NCBI RefSeq assembly: GCF_004353825.1
Contig: NZ_SMNA01000006.1
Span: forward strand, 248,001-312,000
DNA length: 64,000 nt
Direction: 5' to 3'
Source: Occultella glacieicola
GTDB taxonomy: Bacteria; Actinomycetota; Actinomycetes; Actinomycetales; Beutenbergiaceae
The stretch's first letter is position 1. The number at the start of each line of letters is the position of its first letter. Below are positions 28,384-38,594 of the stretch, piece by piece. Made by a program: the position numbers and the translations under genes. The notes beneath the pieces are model-generated. The model did not search any database and was not told the DNA's origin. It saw only the letters and a program-made list of their open reading frames with translations.

Positions 28384-30698
28384 GGGGGCACCCGGGAGAC
28401 CCCGACCCGCCCGACCCGGCCCGCGTCCCCTCCGCCCTCGCCGGCACCACGGCGCTGCTGCACCGTCTGCTCGGCGACGCCGCGGTCGCCGTCGACCTCG
28501 GCCTCTGCGGTCGCGACGGCGACCGGCAGGTGTTCTCCTACGAGGCCGACGCCGGCCGGCTGCGCCTGCGCGGCAGCGACCCGAGCGCCCTGGCCAGCGG
28601 CTTCTACCACTACGCGAAGTCGCACGGCGGCGCCCAGTTCACCTGGGACGACGCCGCCCTCGACCTCCCCACGCCCCTCCCGGACGCGCCGGCGACCCGC
28701 CGTAGCACCGAACTGACCACCCGCTACTACCTGAACTTCGTGACGTTCTCCTACTCCGCCGCCTACTGGGACTGGGACCGGTGGGAACGCGAGATCGACT
28801 GGATGGCGCTGCACGGCGTCACCCTGCCGCTGATGGTCCTCGGCCACGAGGCCGTCCTGCTGCGTGCCTTCACCGACCTCGGCCTGGCAGCCGCGGACGC
28901 GCTGGCCTGGATCGGTGGCTCCGCGCACTTCGCCTGGACCTGGATGGGTGGCACGAACACGTGGGGCGGGCCGTTGCCGCGGGACTGGGTGACCCGACAC
29001 CTCGACCTGGCCCGCCGGGTGCTGGCCCGCCAGCGGGAACTCGGGATGACCCCGGTGCTGCCCGCGTTCGCGGGGCACGTGCCTGCGGCACTCGCCCCCG
29101 ACGGCACACCGACGATCGAGTGGCAGGGCTGGCGCACCCACCTGCTGCCCGCCGACTCCCCCGAGTTCGCCCGGGTCGCCGGCGCGGTGATGGCCGCCCA
29201 GCGTGACCTGCTCGGCACCGATCACCACTACGCCGTGGACCCGTTCATCGAGTCCGTGCCACCGTCCGGTGCGCCGGACTACCTGCGCGGGATGGCCCGC
29301 GGCATCTACGCCGCACTCGCCGAGTCCGACCCGGAGGCGGTGTGGGTGCTGCAGGGCTGGCCGATGCACTACCACCGCGACTTCTGGACCTCCGAACGGG
29401 CCCGCGCGTTCCTGGAGGCGGTGCCCGCGGATCGGCTGCTCCTGCTCGACCTGTGGGCCGAACACGCACCCATGTGGCAGCGCACCGACGCCATGTTCGG
29501 GCGACGCTGGCTGTGGTGCGCCGTGCACAACTTCGGCGGCCGGTTCGCACTGTTCGGGGATCTCGACGGGCTGCGGACCGGCCTCGAGGAGGCGCGCCGC
29601 TCCCCCGGCCGTGGCCGCCTCGAGGGCACCGGTCTGACCATGGAGGCGATCGAGAACAACGCCGTCTTCTACGAGTTCTGGTCGGACCTGGTCTGGGAAC
29701 CGGGACCGGGCACGGACGGGCAGGACTGGCTGGACGGGTTCGCCCGCGCACGCTACCGGACCGATGACCCCACCGCCGCGCGAGCCTGGGAGATCCTCGC
29801 CCGCACCCTGTACGGTCCCGGTCGCACGCGGTCCATCCCATCGCCTGTCATCGCCCGGCCGTGGGGGCCGGACGCGCCGTTCGCGACCCAGCGACTGGCC
29901 GGCGAGTTCGTCGACCCGGGGGCCCCCGAACGGCAGTCCGCGAACATCGACGCCGAGAACGACCCGCGGGTGCTCGGGGATCTCACCGACCTCACCGAGG
30001 CCGCGCACCTGTTGATCGGCCTGCACCCGGACGCGCCGGCCACGGGGCCGCTCGGTCGGGACATCGTGGACCTCGTCGGACACATCGTCGCCCAGCGCGC
30101 GCGCCTGCCGATCCGGTCGATCCTGGCCGCCTCGGCCCGGCGTGACGCCGACGGCGTCCGGCGCGCCATGGCCGATCTGCGCGCGCACATCCTCACCCTC
30201 GACGAACTCGCCGACCAGATGCCGGCCTCCCGCCTGGCCACGTGGATCGATGCCGCCCGCTCCTGGGGCACCGACGGTGCCGAGTCCGACGTGCTCGAGC
30301 GCGACGCCCGTACCCTGCTCACCGTCTGGGGCCGCCAGGACAGCGGCCTGCACGACTACTCGGGCCGGCACTGGTCGGGGCTGCTCGCCGGGTTCCATCT
30401 GCCTCGCTGGCAACTCTGGGCGGACTGGCTCGCCCAGGCGACAGCCCGGCCCGACGGCGTCACCGGCGCCGACGTCTCGGTCCTGCGGGAGGCGATCGTC
30501 GCCCACGAGGAGGCCTGGCGCACCACGGTCACGCGCGCCGCCACCACCGCGACCGAACGGCCCGAGGGGCCGGTCCTGCCGGGCCTCGCCCTCGCCGCCC
30601 TGACCAGGTTCCCTCCCCCACCCGCGGCGACCTCCGCCGTCGTGCCCGCGTCCGATCCACTCGGAAACACCACCGCAGTCCCCGACACAAAGGAGTAA
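28380..30698 (+). CDS. GH89 alpha-N-acetylglucosaminidase, no signal peptide
   Basis: RYYLNFVTFSYSAAYWDWDRWEREIDWMALHG, PVLPAFAGHVP, HNFGG, LHDYSGRHWSGL. Confidence 0.93.
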   Translation: MRGHPGDPDPPDPARVPSALAGTTALLHRLLGDAAVAVDLGLCGRDGDRQVFSYEADAGRLRLRGSDPSALASGFYHYAKSHGGAQFTWDDAALDLPTPLPDAPATRRSTELTTRYYLNFVTFSYSAAYWDWDRWEREIDWMALHGVTLPLMVLGHEAVLLRAFTDLGLAAADALAWIGGSAHFAWTWMGGTNTWGGPLPRDWVTRHLDLARRVLARQRELGMTPVLPAFAGHVPAALAPDGTPTIEWQGWRTHLLPADSPEFARVAGAVMAAQRDLLGTDHHYAVDPFIESVPPSGAPDYLRGMARGIYAALAESDPEAVWVLQGWPMHYHRDFWTSERARAFLEAVPADRLLLLDLWAEHAPMWQRTDAMFGRRWLWCAVHNFGGRFALFGDLDGLRTGLEEARRSPGRGRLEGTGLTMEAIENNAVFYEFWSDLVWEPGPGTDGQDWLDGFARARYRTDDPTAARAWEILARTLYGPGRTRSIPSPVIARPWGPDAPFATQRLAGEFVDPGAPERQSANIDAENDPRVLGDLTDLTEAAHLLIGLHPDAPATGPLGRDIVDLVGHIVAQRARLPIRSILAASARRDADGVRRAMADLRAHILTLDELADQMPASRLATWIDAARSWGTDGAESDVLERDARTLLTVWGRQDSGLHDYSGRHWSGLLAGFHLPRWQLWADWLAQATARPDGVTGADVSVLREAIVAHEEAWRTTVTRAATTATERPEGPVLPGLALAALTRFPPPPAATSAVVPASDPLGNTTAVPDTKE

Positions 30699-30701
30699 CC
30701 G

Positions 30702-32108
30702 ATGTCCATCAGGAGAAGGTCATCAGCGATCACGATCGCAGCCACCGCCGCGTTCGCCGTCCTGCTCGCGGGTTGCTCCGGCGACCCCGACGACGGCGGC
30801 AACGACGGCGACGGCGGCGAGGGCGAGTACAGCGACATCGTGTTCTGGACGCCGCAGGTCACGCCGTCCCGGCTGGCCGCACAGGAACAGATCGCCGCCG
30901 ACTTCGAGGCCGAGACCGGCATCGGCGTGGAGGTTGTGCCGCTCGGTGGCGCCGATCAGAACCAGGCCCTCGTGACCGGGGCGGCCTCCGGTGACGTGCC
31001 GGACGTCATCCTGCACGGCGCGGACCAGACCGCCGCCTGGATGGCCCAGGGGCTCCTCGACGCCGAGGTCACGGCCGCCGCCGTCGAGTCCCTCGACCCG
31101 TCGACGTTCAACGAGAACGCCCTCAACCAGGTCACCCTCGACGGCGAGATCGCCTCGGTGCCGTCCGACGGCTGGGTCCACCTGATCGTCTATCGCCAGG
31201 ACCTCCTCGAGGCGGCCGGCCTCGAGGTGCCCACGAACCTGACCGAGCTCGCCGAGGCGGCCACCGCGCTCAGCGAGACCGGGGTCACCGGGATCGCGCT
31301 CGGCACCCAGTCCGGGACTCCGTCGTCGACGGAGGCGGTCAACTCGATCCTGCCCACGAACGGCTGCGAACTGGTCGTCGACGGTGAGGTCACCATCGAC
31401 TCCCCGGAGTGCGTCGAGGGCCTCGAACGCTTCCTCGAGCTGCGCGACTCCAGCGTCTCCGGTGACCTCGACGTCCCGGCCGCTCAGGCCGCCTACCTCG
31501 CCGGCGACGCCGCCATGCTGCTGTTCTCCACGCACATCTTCGACGAGCTCGCCGGCCTGTCCCCGGACGTGCCGGTGACCTGCGCGGAGTGCGTCGACAA
31601 CCCGAACTTCCTCGCCGAGAACTCCGGGTTCATCACCGTCCTCGACGAAGCGAACCCGAACCAGTACGGCACCGTGCTCGGCTACGGCGTGCCGGTCGGC
31701 GCGCACACCACCGAGGCGCAGATGTTCATCGAGTACGTGATGAGCACCGGTTACGTCGACACCCTGGCCACCGCCACCGAGGGCCGGCTTCCGCTGCGCC
31801 TGGGCACCCCGGACAACCCCACCGAGTACATCGACGCCTGGGGCGGGCTGCCGATCGGGCCGGCGCCGGAGGAGGGCGTCTCGATCGCGTCGATCTATGG
31901 CGAGGAGATCGTCACGGACATCAACGCCGGCATGGAGTCGGTGTACCGGTGGGGCTTCGGCACCGAGGACGCCGAACTGGCCGGTGCCGCGTTCACCCAG
32001 GGCACCCTCGCCTCGAACCTGGATGCGCTGTACAGCGGCACCCCGGCCGCCGACGTCGCCGCCACCATGGCGGAGCAGGTGACCGCACTCCAGGCCGAGC
32101 TCGGCTGA
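30702..32108 (+). CDS. Carbohydrate ABC transporter substrate-binding lipoprotein
   Basis: Lipobox LAGC; DVPDV; AAGGAG RBS. Confidence 0.92.
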   Translation: MSIRRRSSAITIAATAAFAVLLAGCSGDPDDGGNDGDGGEGEYSDIVFWTPQVTPSRLAAQEQIAADFEAETGIGVEVVPLGGADQNQALVTGAASGDVPDVILHGADQTAAWMAQGLLDAEVTAAAVESLDPSTFNENALNQVTLDGEIASVPSDGWVHLIVYRQDLLEAAGLEVPTNLTELAEAATALSETGVTGIALGTQSGTPSSTEAVNSILPTNGCELVVDGEVTIDSPECVEGLERFLELRDSSVSGDLDVPAAQAAYLAGDAAMLLFSTHIFDELAGLSPDVPVTCAECVDNPNFLAENSGFITVLDEANPNQYGTVLGYGVPVGAHTTEAQMFIEYVMSTGYVDTLATATEGRLPLRLGTPDNPTEYIDAWGGLPIGPAPEEGVSIASIYGEEIVTDINAGMESVYRWGFGTEDAELAGAAFTQGTLASNLDALYSGTPAADVAATMAEQVTALQAELG

Positions 32109-32112
32109 CGTC

Positions 32113-33069
32113 TTGACCTCGACGACCCGACGGTTCTCCCCCTGGGCGCGGCTGACCCGCGCCCAGCGGGAGAACCTCAACGGCCAGCTGCTCACCGCAC
32201 CGACCCTGCTCGTGATCCTCGCGATCGTGATCGTGCCGTTCCTCGCGGTGATCGTGTTCGCCTTCGCCGACCTGCGGCTCGTGGACATCCCGTACATGAG
32301 CCTGGGCACCATCGACTGGACCCTGGACAACATCCGCGACGCCATGGGGTCGCAGGCGTTCTGGGGCGCCCTGGGCACCACGATCGCGTATGCCACCCTG
32401 ACCACCCTCGGGGCGATCGCCTGCGGCCTCGTCACCGCGCTCGCCATCCGGCGTCCGTTCCGCGGGCGCGGCGTGATCCGGGCACTGCTGCTGGTGCCGT
32501 ACGTACTGCCGGTGATCGCGGCGGCGACGATCTGGCGGACCCTGCTGAACCCGCAGTACGGGCTGATCAACGCGTTCGGGCTCGAGTTCCTGGGCTGGGA
32601 CCGGCCGATCGGCTTCCTGAACACGACCACCTATGACGTGTTCGGCATCGGTATCCCGCTGACCCTGCTGACCGTGGTGGCGTTCGAGGTCTGGAAGACC
32701 ACGCCCCTGACGTTCCTGTTCATCACGGCGCGGCTGCAGTCCATCCCGGGCGACATCGAGGAGGCGGCCGCGCTCGACGGTGCCTCCAACCGCAAGATCC
32801 TCACCCAGATCATCGCGCCGCAGCTGCGCGCGGTGGTGCTGCTGCTGATCCTGTTGAGGTTCATCTGGTCCTTCCAGAGCTTCAACGACATCTACCTGCT
32901 CACCGGCGGTGCCGGGGGCACCCAGGTGATGGCCGTGAAGGTCTACACCGAGCTGATCACGCGCGCCGACATCGGGAGCGCCGCGTCCTACGGGCTGCTG
33001 ATGTCCGTGATCCTCGCGGTGCTCCTGGCGTTCTACGTCCTGCTGACCCGGAGGAAGGAGGCCCTGTGA
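32113..33069 (+). CDS. Carbohydrate ABC transporter permease
   Basis: IEEAAALDGAS, FNDIYLLTGG. Confidence 0.92.
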   Translation: MTSTTRRFSPWARLTRAQRENLNGQLLTAPTLLVILAIVIVPFLAVIVFAFADLRLVDIPYMSLGTIDWTLDNIRDAMGSQAFWGALGTTIAYATLTTLGAIACGLVTALAIRRPFRGRGVIRALLLVPYVLPVIAAATIWRTLLNPQYGLINAFGLEFLGWDRPIGFLNTTTYDVFGIGIPLTLLTVVAFEVWKTTPLTFLFITARLQSIPGDIEEAAALDGASNRKILTQIIAPQLRAVVLLLILLRFIWSFQSFNDIYLLTGGAGGTQVMAVKVYTELITRADIGSAASYGLLMSVILAVLLAFYVLLTRRKEAL

Positions 33070-33926
33070 GCAAGGCGATGAGGGCGCCCCTGCCCGAACG
33101 GATCCTGCGTGTGGTCGTGATCGTGGTCGCACTGGTGCTCGCCGTCGGCCCGGTCCTCTATGGCGTGGTGCTGTCCATCCGGCCGTTCTCGGCCGTGCTG
33201 AACGCCCCGTTGGACCTCTTCCCGAGCCCGAGCGAGTGGGACTTCTCGAGCTTCGGAACCGCGCTCGCGGACGAGGCGGACGGCGGGTTCGGCCTCGGCC
33301 GGTTCATCCGCAACTCGTTGCTCCTCGCGCTCGGCACCGTGGTGGCCTCGCTCCTGGTCAGCGTCCTCGGTGCCTACGCCGCCGCCCGGCTGCGGTACAA
33401 GGGCCGGGGCGTGGTCAACGGGATCATCCTGTCCGTCTACCTGCTGCCCGGCATCGTGCTGGCGGTCCCGCTGTTCGTCATGCTCAGCCGGGTCGGTCTG
33501 ACCGGCAACCTCGTCGGCCTGCTGATCGTGTACGTCTCGACCACGGTCCCGGTGGCGATCTACATGGTCCGCAACTACTTCATCGCGCTTCCGGAGAGCG
33601 TCGAGGAGGCCGCCATCATCGACGGGTGCTCGCTGCCCGTGATGCTCTGGCGGGTGGTGCTGCCGATCGCCGCGCCCGGGGTCGCGGCCACCGCGATCTA
33701 CGTGTTCATGATCGCCTGGAACGAGTACCTGTTCGCGCTGCTGTTCCTGGTCCAGAAGCGCGAGCTGTGGACGGCGCCGCTCGGCCTGTCACAGCTGACC
33801 GAGATCAGCGTCCCGGTCACGGTGCTGCTCGCCGGATCCATCATCGTCACCGTGCCCGTGGTGGTGCTGTTCTTCATCTTCCAGCGGTTCCTCGTCTCGG
33901 GCCTGACCACCGGGGCCGAGAAGTGA
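33066..33926 (+). CDS. Carbohydrate ABC transporter permease
   Basis: VEEAAIIDGCS, AWNEYLFA. Confidence 0.92.
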   Translation: MSKAMRAPLPERILRVVVIVVALVLAVGPVLYGVVLSIRPFSAVLNAPLDLFPSPSEWDFSSFGTALADEADGGFGLGRFIRNSLLLALGTVVASLLVSVLGAYAAARLRYKGRGVVNGIILSVYLLPGIVLAVPLFVMLSRVGLTGNLVGLLIVYVSTTVPVAIYMVRNYFIALPESVEEAAIIDGCSLPVMLWRVVLPIAAPGVAATAIYVFMIAWNEYLFALLFLVQKRELWTAPLGLSQLTEISVPVTVLLAGSIIVTVPVVVLFFIFQRFLVSGLTTGAEK

Positions 33927-35308
33927 GCCGGCCGCTGCGCCTGGGGGTGCTCGGCGCCGGGGCCCGGGGGCAGGAGGCGTACGGGAGCTGGATCCTCGCG
34001 CACCCGGACCGGGTGGAACTCGCCGCGGTCGCGGACGTCCGTGAGGAGCGAGCGCTGCGGTTCGCGCGGGCGGCGGGCACGAACGCGGCGGTCTTCACGG
34101 ACTGGCGTGACCTCGTGTGCCGTCTGCGCGACCTCGACCTGGACGCCGCCGTGGTGGCCCTGCCGGACCAGCTGCACGTGGACCCGGCGATCGCCCTGGC
34201 GGACGCCGGGGTCCCGATGCTCCTGGAGAAGCCGGCGGCACCCACCTCGTCCGAGCTGGAACGGCTGGCGGCGCACTGCGAGCGGACCGGCGCCAGGGTG
34301 GCCGTCGGCCACGTACTGCGGTTCACCCCGTTCTGGCGCACGGTCTCCGAGCTGATCGGCTCCCCCGCGTTCGGGCGGATGCTCACCCTCGAGCTGAGGG
34401 AGAACATCGGGTTCTGGCACTTCGCGCACTCCTACGTACGGGGGAACTGGCGCCGGGTCGCGACCTCAAGCCCGATGGTGCTGGCGAAGACGTGCCACGA
34501 CCTCGACCTGATCCGGTGGCTGGCCGGCCGTGCCCCGAGCACCGTCTACAGCATCGGCTCGCTCACCCACTTCCGTGCCGAGAACGCCCCCGACGGCGCA
34601 CCGGAGTTCTGCATCGACGGCTGCCCGGCCGCGGCCCAGTGCCCGTTCTACGCCCCGCGCTACTACGAGGACGCGCTGGCGCAGACGCACGGCGTGCCCG
34701 TCACCCTGCTGAGCGAGGACACCTCACCGCAGGGACGCCGTCGGGCCCTGGCCGTCAGCGACTACGGCCGGTGCGTGTACCGGTCCGGCAACGACGTCGT
34801 CGACCACCAGCAGACCACGTTGTCATTCGCCGGCGGGCTGACCGCGAACCTCACCGCGTCCGCGTTCACCGGCCGCAACACCCGGGACATCGCGATCACC
34901 GGCACCCGCGGCCAGCTCGTCGGGAACATGGAGACCGGCCGGATCGAGCTCGACCTGTTCGCCCCGGACGCCGAGGCCCCGGCGCTGACCGCCGGGACGG
35001 TCGACGGCCATCACGTGCGGGCGCCGATGGGCCACCGGGTGTGGACCATCGAGGCCCGCCCGGAGGGGGCGGATGCCGACGACCACCGAGGCCATGCCGG
35101 TGGCGACGACGGCCTGATGGAGGCGTTCGTGGCCGCCCTCGAGCGGGGTGACCTCGGCCGTGACCCGGTGCTCTCCCTGGACGCCGCGATGGACAGCCAC
35201 CGGATGGCGTTCGCGGCGGAGTCCTCGCGCCTGCTCGGCAAGCCGGTCGAGTTCACCGGTGCCGCGGCAGCGGCGGAGGTGGCCGCCCGAACGGGCGGTG
35301 CGGCGTGA
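33923..35308 (+). CDS. Gfo/Idh/MocA-family oxidoreductase
   Basis: LGVLGAGARG, LLEKP, HSYVRGNWR, KTCHDLD, HAGGD; GTGA overlap with the permease stop. Confidence 0.92.
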   Translation: MSRPLRLGVLGAGARGQEAYGSWILAHPDRVELAAVADVREERALRFARAAGTNAAVFTDWRDLVCRLRDLDLDAAVVALPDQLHVDPAIALADAGVPMLLEKPAAPTSSELERLAAHCERTGARVAVGHVLRFTPFWRTVSELIGSPAFGRMLTLELRENIGFWHFAHSYVRGNWRRVATSSPMVLAKTCHDLDLIRWLAGRAPSTVYSIGSLTHFRAENAPDGAPEFCIDGCPAAAQCPFYAPRYYEDALAQTHGVPVTLLSEDTSPQGRRRALAVSDYGRCVYRSGNDVVDHQQTTLSFAGGLTANLTASAFTGRNTRDIAITGTRGQLVGNMETGRIELDLFAPDAEAPALTAGTVDGHHVRAPMGHRVWTIEARPEGADADDHRGHAGGDDGLMEAFVAALERGDLGRDPVLSLDAAMDSHRMAFAAESSRLLGKPVEFTGAAAAAEVAARTGGAA

Positions 35309-35362
35309 GGTCCACCGAGCGGGTGGGCGTGGGCACCGACGATGGCTCGAGCTCCCTTGCGG

Positions 35363-36220
35363 TCAGGGCCGGGCGTCCGGATCTGCCAGGAACGGCTCGA
35401 CGGCGGTGCGCATGACGTCGGTGGGATCGGCGGCACCGGTCCAGCGGACGAACGCCGTCGCGGCCTGGGCGATCAGCATCCCCTCGCCGTTCGCGGCCGG
35501 TCGCCCGGAGGCGCGGGCCTGCCGGACCAGTTCGGTGGTGCGCGGCAGGTAGACCACGTCGAACACGGCGCACTCCGGTGCCAGCGACTCGACCGCGACG
35601 ACCGGCCCCGGGCTCAGCATGCCCACGGAGGTGGCGTTCACGAAGAGGTCCGCCGCGGCCAGGGTCTCGCCGAGTCCGGGATCGTCGAAGGTAGTCGCGT
35701 CGATCTCGGCTGTGTCCACGATATCGGCGAACTCGGTCGCGAGGCGTTCCGAGTCCGCGAGCCTGAGGTCGGCGACGGTCATGGCGGCGGGGTGCTGGGT
35801 CGCCAGACCGTAGGCGACGGCGTGGGCCACGCCGCCGGCGCCCGCGACCACCACGCGGGCGCCCTCGACGGGCCGCTCGAGGACCGTCGCGAGGCCGGCC
35901 AGGAAGCCCAGGACGTCGGTGTTGAAGCCCACCAGACGTCCGTCCGGCGTCACCTCGACGCTGTTGACGGCCCCGATCGCCGCCGCCGCGGGCTCGACCT
36001 CATCCAGGAGCGGCACGATCGCCTGCTTGTGCGGGGCGGTGATCTGGAACCCGTACCAGCCCTCCTCCCGGGCCCGCGCCACCTGGCCGGGCAGCTCCGC
36101 GGCGGTGACCTCCTCCAGCTGATACCGGCCGTCGATCCCGGCCGCCTCGAAGGCGGCGTTGTGCATGACGGCCGAGTGCACCCGGTTGAGCGGCAGGCCG
36201 AAGAGCGCTGCTGTGCGCAT
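35363..36220 (-). CDS. aroE: Shikimate/quinate dehydrogenase family protein
   Basis: HSAVMHNAAF, ITAPHK, GAVNS, GFNTD, GAGG, NATSVGM; could be a catabolic YdiB-like paralogue. Confidence 0.88.
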   Translation of the reverse strand: MRTAALFGLPLNRVHSAVMHNAAFEAAGIDGRYQLEEVTAAELPGQVARAREEGWYGFQITAPHKQAIVPLLDEVEPAAAAIGAVNSVEVTPDGRLVGFNTDVLGFLAGLATVLERPVEGARVVVAGAGGVAHAVAYGLATQHPAAMTVADLRLADSERLATEFADIVDTAEIDATTFDDPGLGETLAAADLFVNATSVGMLSPGPVVAVESLAPECAVFDVVYLPRTTELVRQARASGRPAANGEGMLIAQAATAFVRWTGAADPTDVMRTAVEPFLADPDARP

Positions 36221-36233
36221 CGATGTCTCCTTG

Positions 36234-37007
36234 TCAGCGATCGGTGAAGATGGGGTCGCGCTTCTGCGCGAACGCACGGGCTCCCTCGAGCATGTCCTCC
36301 GTGCCGAACACCGCCTCGGACGCGTCGAGCTCCAGGGCCATGCCCTCCTCGAGGGTCCGGTCGACCGACTCGTCGAGCAGTCGCTTCGCGAGCCGGGTCG
36401 CCAGCGGTCCGCGGGTGGCGACGATGTCCGCCAATCCGCGCGCCGCGTCGAGTGCGCCACCCTTCGGCGCGACCCGGGTAAGGAGTCCGATCTCGAGGGC
36501 CCGGTGGGCGGTCACCGGTTCGCCGAGGAGCACGAACTCCTTGGCGCGGGCCAGCCCGACGAGCCGGGCGAGCCGCTGCGTGCCGCCGCTGCCGGGCAGC
36601 ACGCCGAGCCGCAGCTCGGGCAGGCCGAGCTTGGACTGTTCGCTCGCCACCCGCAGGTCGCAGCACAGTGCCAGTTCCAGGCCACCGCCGAGCGCGTGCC
36701 CCTCGATGGCCGCGATGGTCGGCACGGCCACCTTGGCGAGCTGCCGGTAGACGAGCTTCTCCAGCAGCAGCTTGTCCTCGGCCACCCGGCCGCGCAGCCC
36801 TTCGAACTCGGCGATGTCCGAGCCCGCGCAGAAGGCCCGCCCGCCGGCTCCGGTCACGATCAGGACCCTGGCCCCGCGGTGGTTCGACACCCGGGCCAGG
36901 GCGTCCCGCAGCTGTGCCGTGAACTCCCGGCTGACCACGTTCATCGGTGGGTTGTCCCAGACGATCTCGCACCGTTCGCCCAGCTCCACCCGCATCAGGT
37001 CACTCAC
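36234..37007 (-). CDS. Enoyl-CoA hydratase/isomerase
   Basis: AFCAGSDI, ALGGGLELALCCDLR, LPE...PGSGGTQRL. Confidence 0.94.
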   Translation of the reverse strand: MSDLMRVELGERCEIVWDNPPMNVVSREFTAQLRDALARVSNHRGARVLIVTGAGGRAFCAGSDIAEFEGLRGRVAEDKLLLEKLVYRQLAKVAVPTIAAIEGHALGGGLELALCCDLRVASEQSKLGLPELRLGVLPGSGGTQRLARLVGLARAKEFVLLGEPVTAHRALEIGLLTRVAPKGGALDAARGLADIVATRGPLATRLAKRLLDESVDRTLEEGMALELDASEAVFGTEDMLEGARAFAQKRDPIFTDR

Positions 37008-38578
37008 GTCGCTCCGCCCCGGTTGAAGTCGTCGGCCAGGCCCATCGGGCCGGCCCGGAAGATCCGCGGATCCATGGTTCGCAGCTCGGGTGCCACCGCA
37101 GGTCGGAACCCGAGGTGCGCCACCACGTCGCGCTCGGCGTTCAGTCCGTCCGCGATCTCGGTGAGCGTCGGGCCGTCCGCCGTGAGCTCGAACACGGCCC
37201 GTTCGGTGATGTAGCGCACCTGCTGGCCCTTCGCGAGGGCCCGTTCGGCGCTGAAGCTGATCTGGCGGACCTTCGGGACGAACTTGCGGTACTGCCCCTC
37301 CGAGGAGATCGTGAGCCGTCCGGCGTCGACCCCCACCCGCAGGCCCCCGGTCGTCAGGGTGCCGACGAAGCAGACCCGGCCGGTGCGGTTCGCGATGTTG
37401 AGGAAGCCACCCGGCCCCCGCGGCCGCTCGTCGAACTCGTGGACGTTGACGTTGCCCTCGGCATCGACCTCGGCGAAGGACAGGCTCGCGATGTCGAGGC
37501 CGCCGCCGTCGTAGAAGTCGAACATCGAGGGCTGCTCGAGCATGGCCTGGAAGTTCACCCCCGCACCGCCATCGGCGCCGGCGGCGGGCGCACCACCGAA
37601 GATGCCCTGCTCGACGGTCAGGGTCAGGGCGTCAGTGATGCCCTCGGCGGCCGCGATGGCGCCGATCTGCTGGCTGATGCCGAAGCCGAGGTTGCAGATG
37701 TCACCGGGCGCGAACTCCAGCAGGGACCGGCGCGCGATCACCTGGCGCACATCCGGTGCCGCGGGCGCCGCGTCGGGGGCGAGGGGCCGCGGTTGTCTCA
37801 GCTGCCCCGCGAAGTACGGCGAGAACGCGGTGCGGTAGGTCTGCCGCTGGTCCGGGTCGACGTAGACGTGGTCGACCAGGGCCCCGGGGATGCGGACGTC
37901 CCGGGGTCGCAGGCTCCCGCGCTGGACCAGCCGCTTCACCTGCACGATCACCCGGCCGCCGCGGTTGTGGGCGGCCATCGCGAGCGCGAGGGAGTCGCCG
38001 TGCACGGCCTCCTCCTCCATGGACAGGTTCCCGTCCTCGTCGGCGGTGCTGGCACGAATGACGGCGACGTCGATCGGCAGGGCCGGATAGAACAGCCATT
38101 CCCGGCCCGCGAGCTGCACGACCTCGACGAGTTCCTCGGTTGTCACGTCGTTCTGTCGGCCGCCGCCCTGCCGAGGGTCGACGTAGGTACCGAGGCCGAC
38201 GTCGGTGACGAGCCCCGGACGCCCGGCCGCCATCTCCCGGCAGAGAGCGGACAAGACACCCTGCGGGAACGAGTACGCCTCGATCTCGTTCGCTCGGACC
38301 TGTGCGCCGAGCGCAGGCTCGTTGCCGATGTTGCTCCCGATCGTGCGTGCGTGCAGGCCCGGCAGCGCGAGCTGGGACATCCCCCGGTCGGCGAAGTCAC
38401 CGATGCCGACCACGCGCACGGTGGTCAGCCCGCGGGGCACCCCACCGGTGGCGAACCGTTCGGCGAGACTGTCGATGAACAGCTGCGGCACGGCGTGGCC
38501 GGCGCCGGATCCGCCGATCCAGACCGCGTCCCCGTCGCGGACCAGACCGACGGCCTCGGTGACGTCCAGGAGCCTCAT
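37004..38578 (-). CDS. Single-chain family I CoA transferase (YdiF/Pct-like)
   Basis: EAYSFPQG, GLGTYVDPR, NLGFG, TVEQG, FDFYDGGGLD, YITERAVF. Confidence 0.92.
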   Translation of the reverse strand: MRLLDVTEAVGLVRDGDAVWIGGSGAGHAVPQLFIDSLAERFATGGVPRGLTTVRVVGIGDFADRGMSQLALPGLHARTIGSNIGNEPALGAQVRANEIEAYSFPQGVLSALCREMAAGRPGLVTDVGLGTYVDPRQGGGRQNDVTTEELVEVVQLAGREWLFYPALPIDVAVIRASTADEDGNLSMEEEAVHGDSLALAMAAHNRGGRVIVQVKRLVQRGSLRPRDVRIPGALVDHVYVDPDQRQTYRTAFSPYFAGQLRQPRPLAPDAAPAAPDVRQVIARRSLLEFAPGDICNLGFGISQQIGAIAAAEGITDALTLTVEQGIFGGAPAAGADGGAGVNFQAMLEQPSMFDFYDGGGLDIASLSFAEVDAEGNVNVHEFDERPRGPGGFLNIANRTGRVCFVGTLTTGGLRVGVDAGRLTISSEGQYRKFVPKVRQISFSAERALAKGQQVRYITERAVFELTADGPTLTEIADGLNAERDVVAHLGFRPAVAPELRTMDPRIFRAGPMGLADDFNRGGAT

Positions 38579-38594
38579 GACCGTGGCGCCGTGC

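Noticed and set aside
25105..30506. Long minus-strand ORFs 25105..28281 and 28269..30506
   Set aside because: Antisense shadows of asnC, the deacylase, ridA and GH89, which carry clear motifs.
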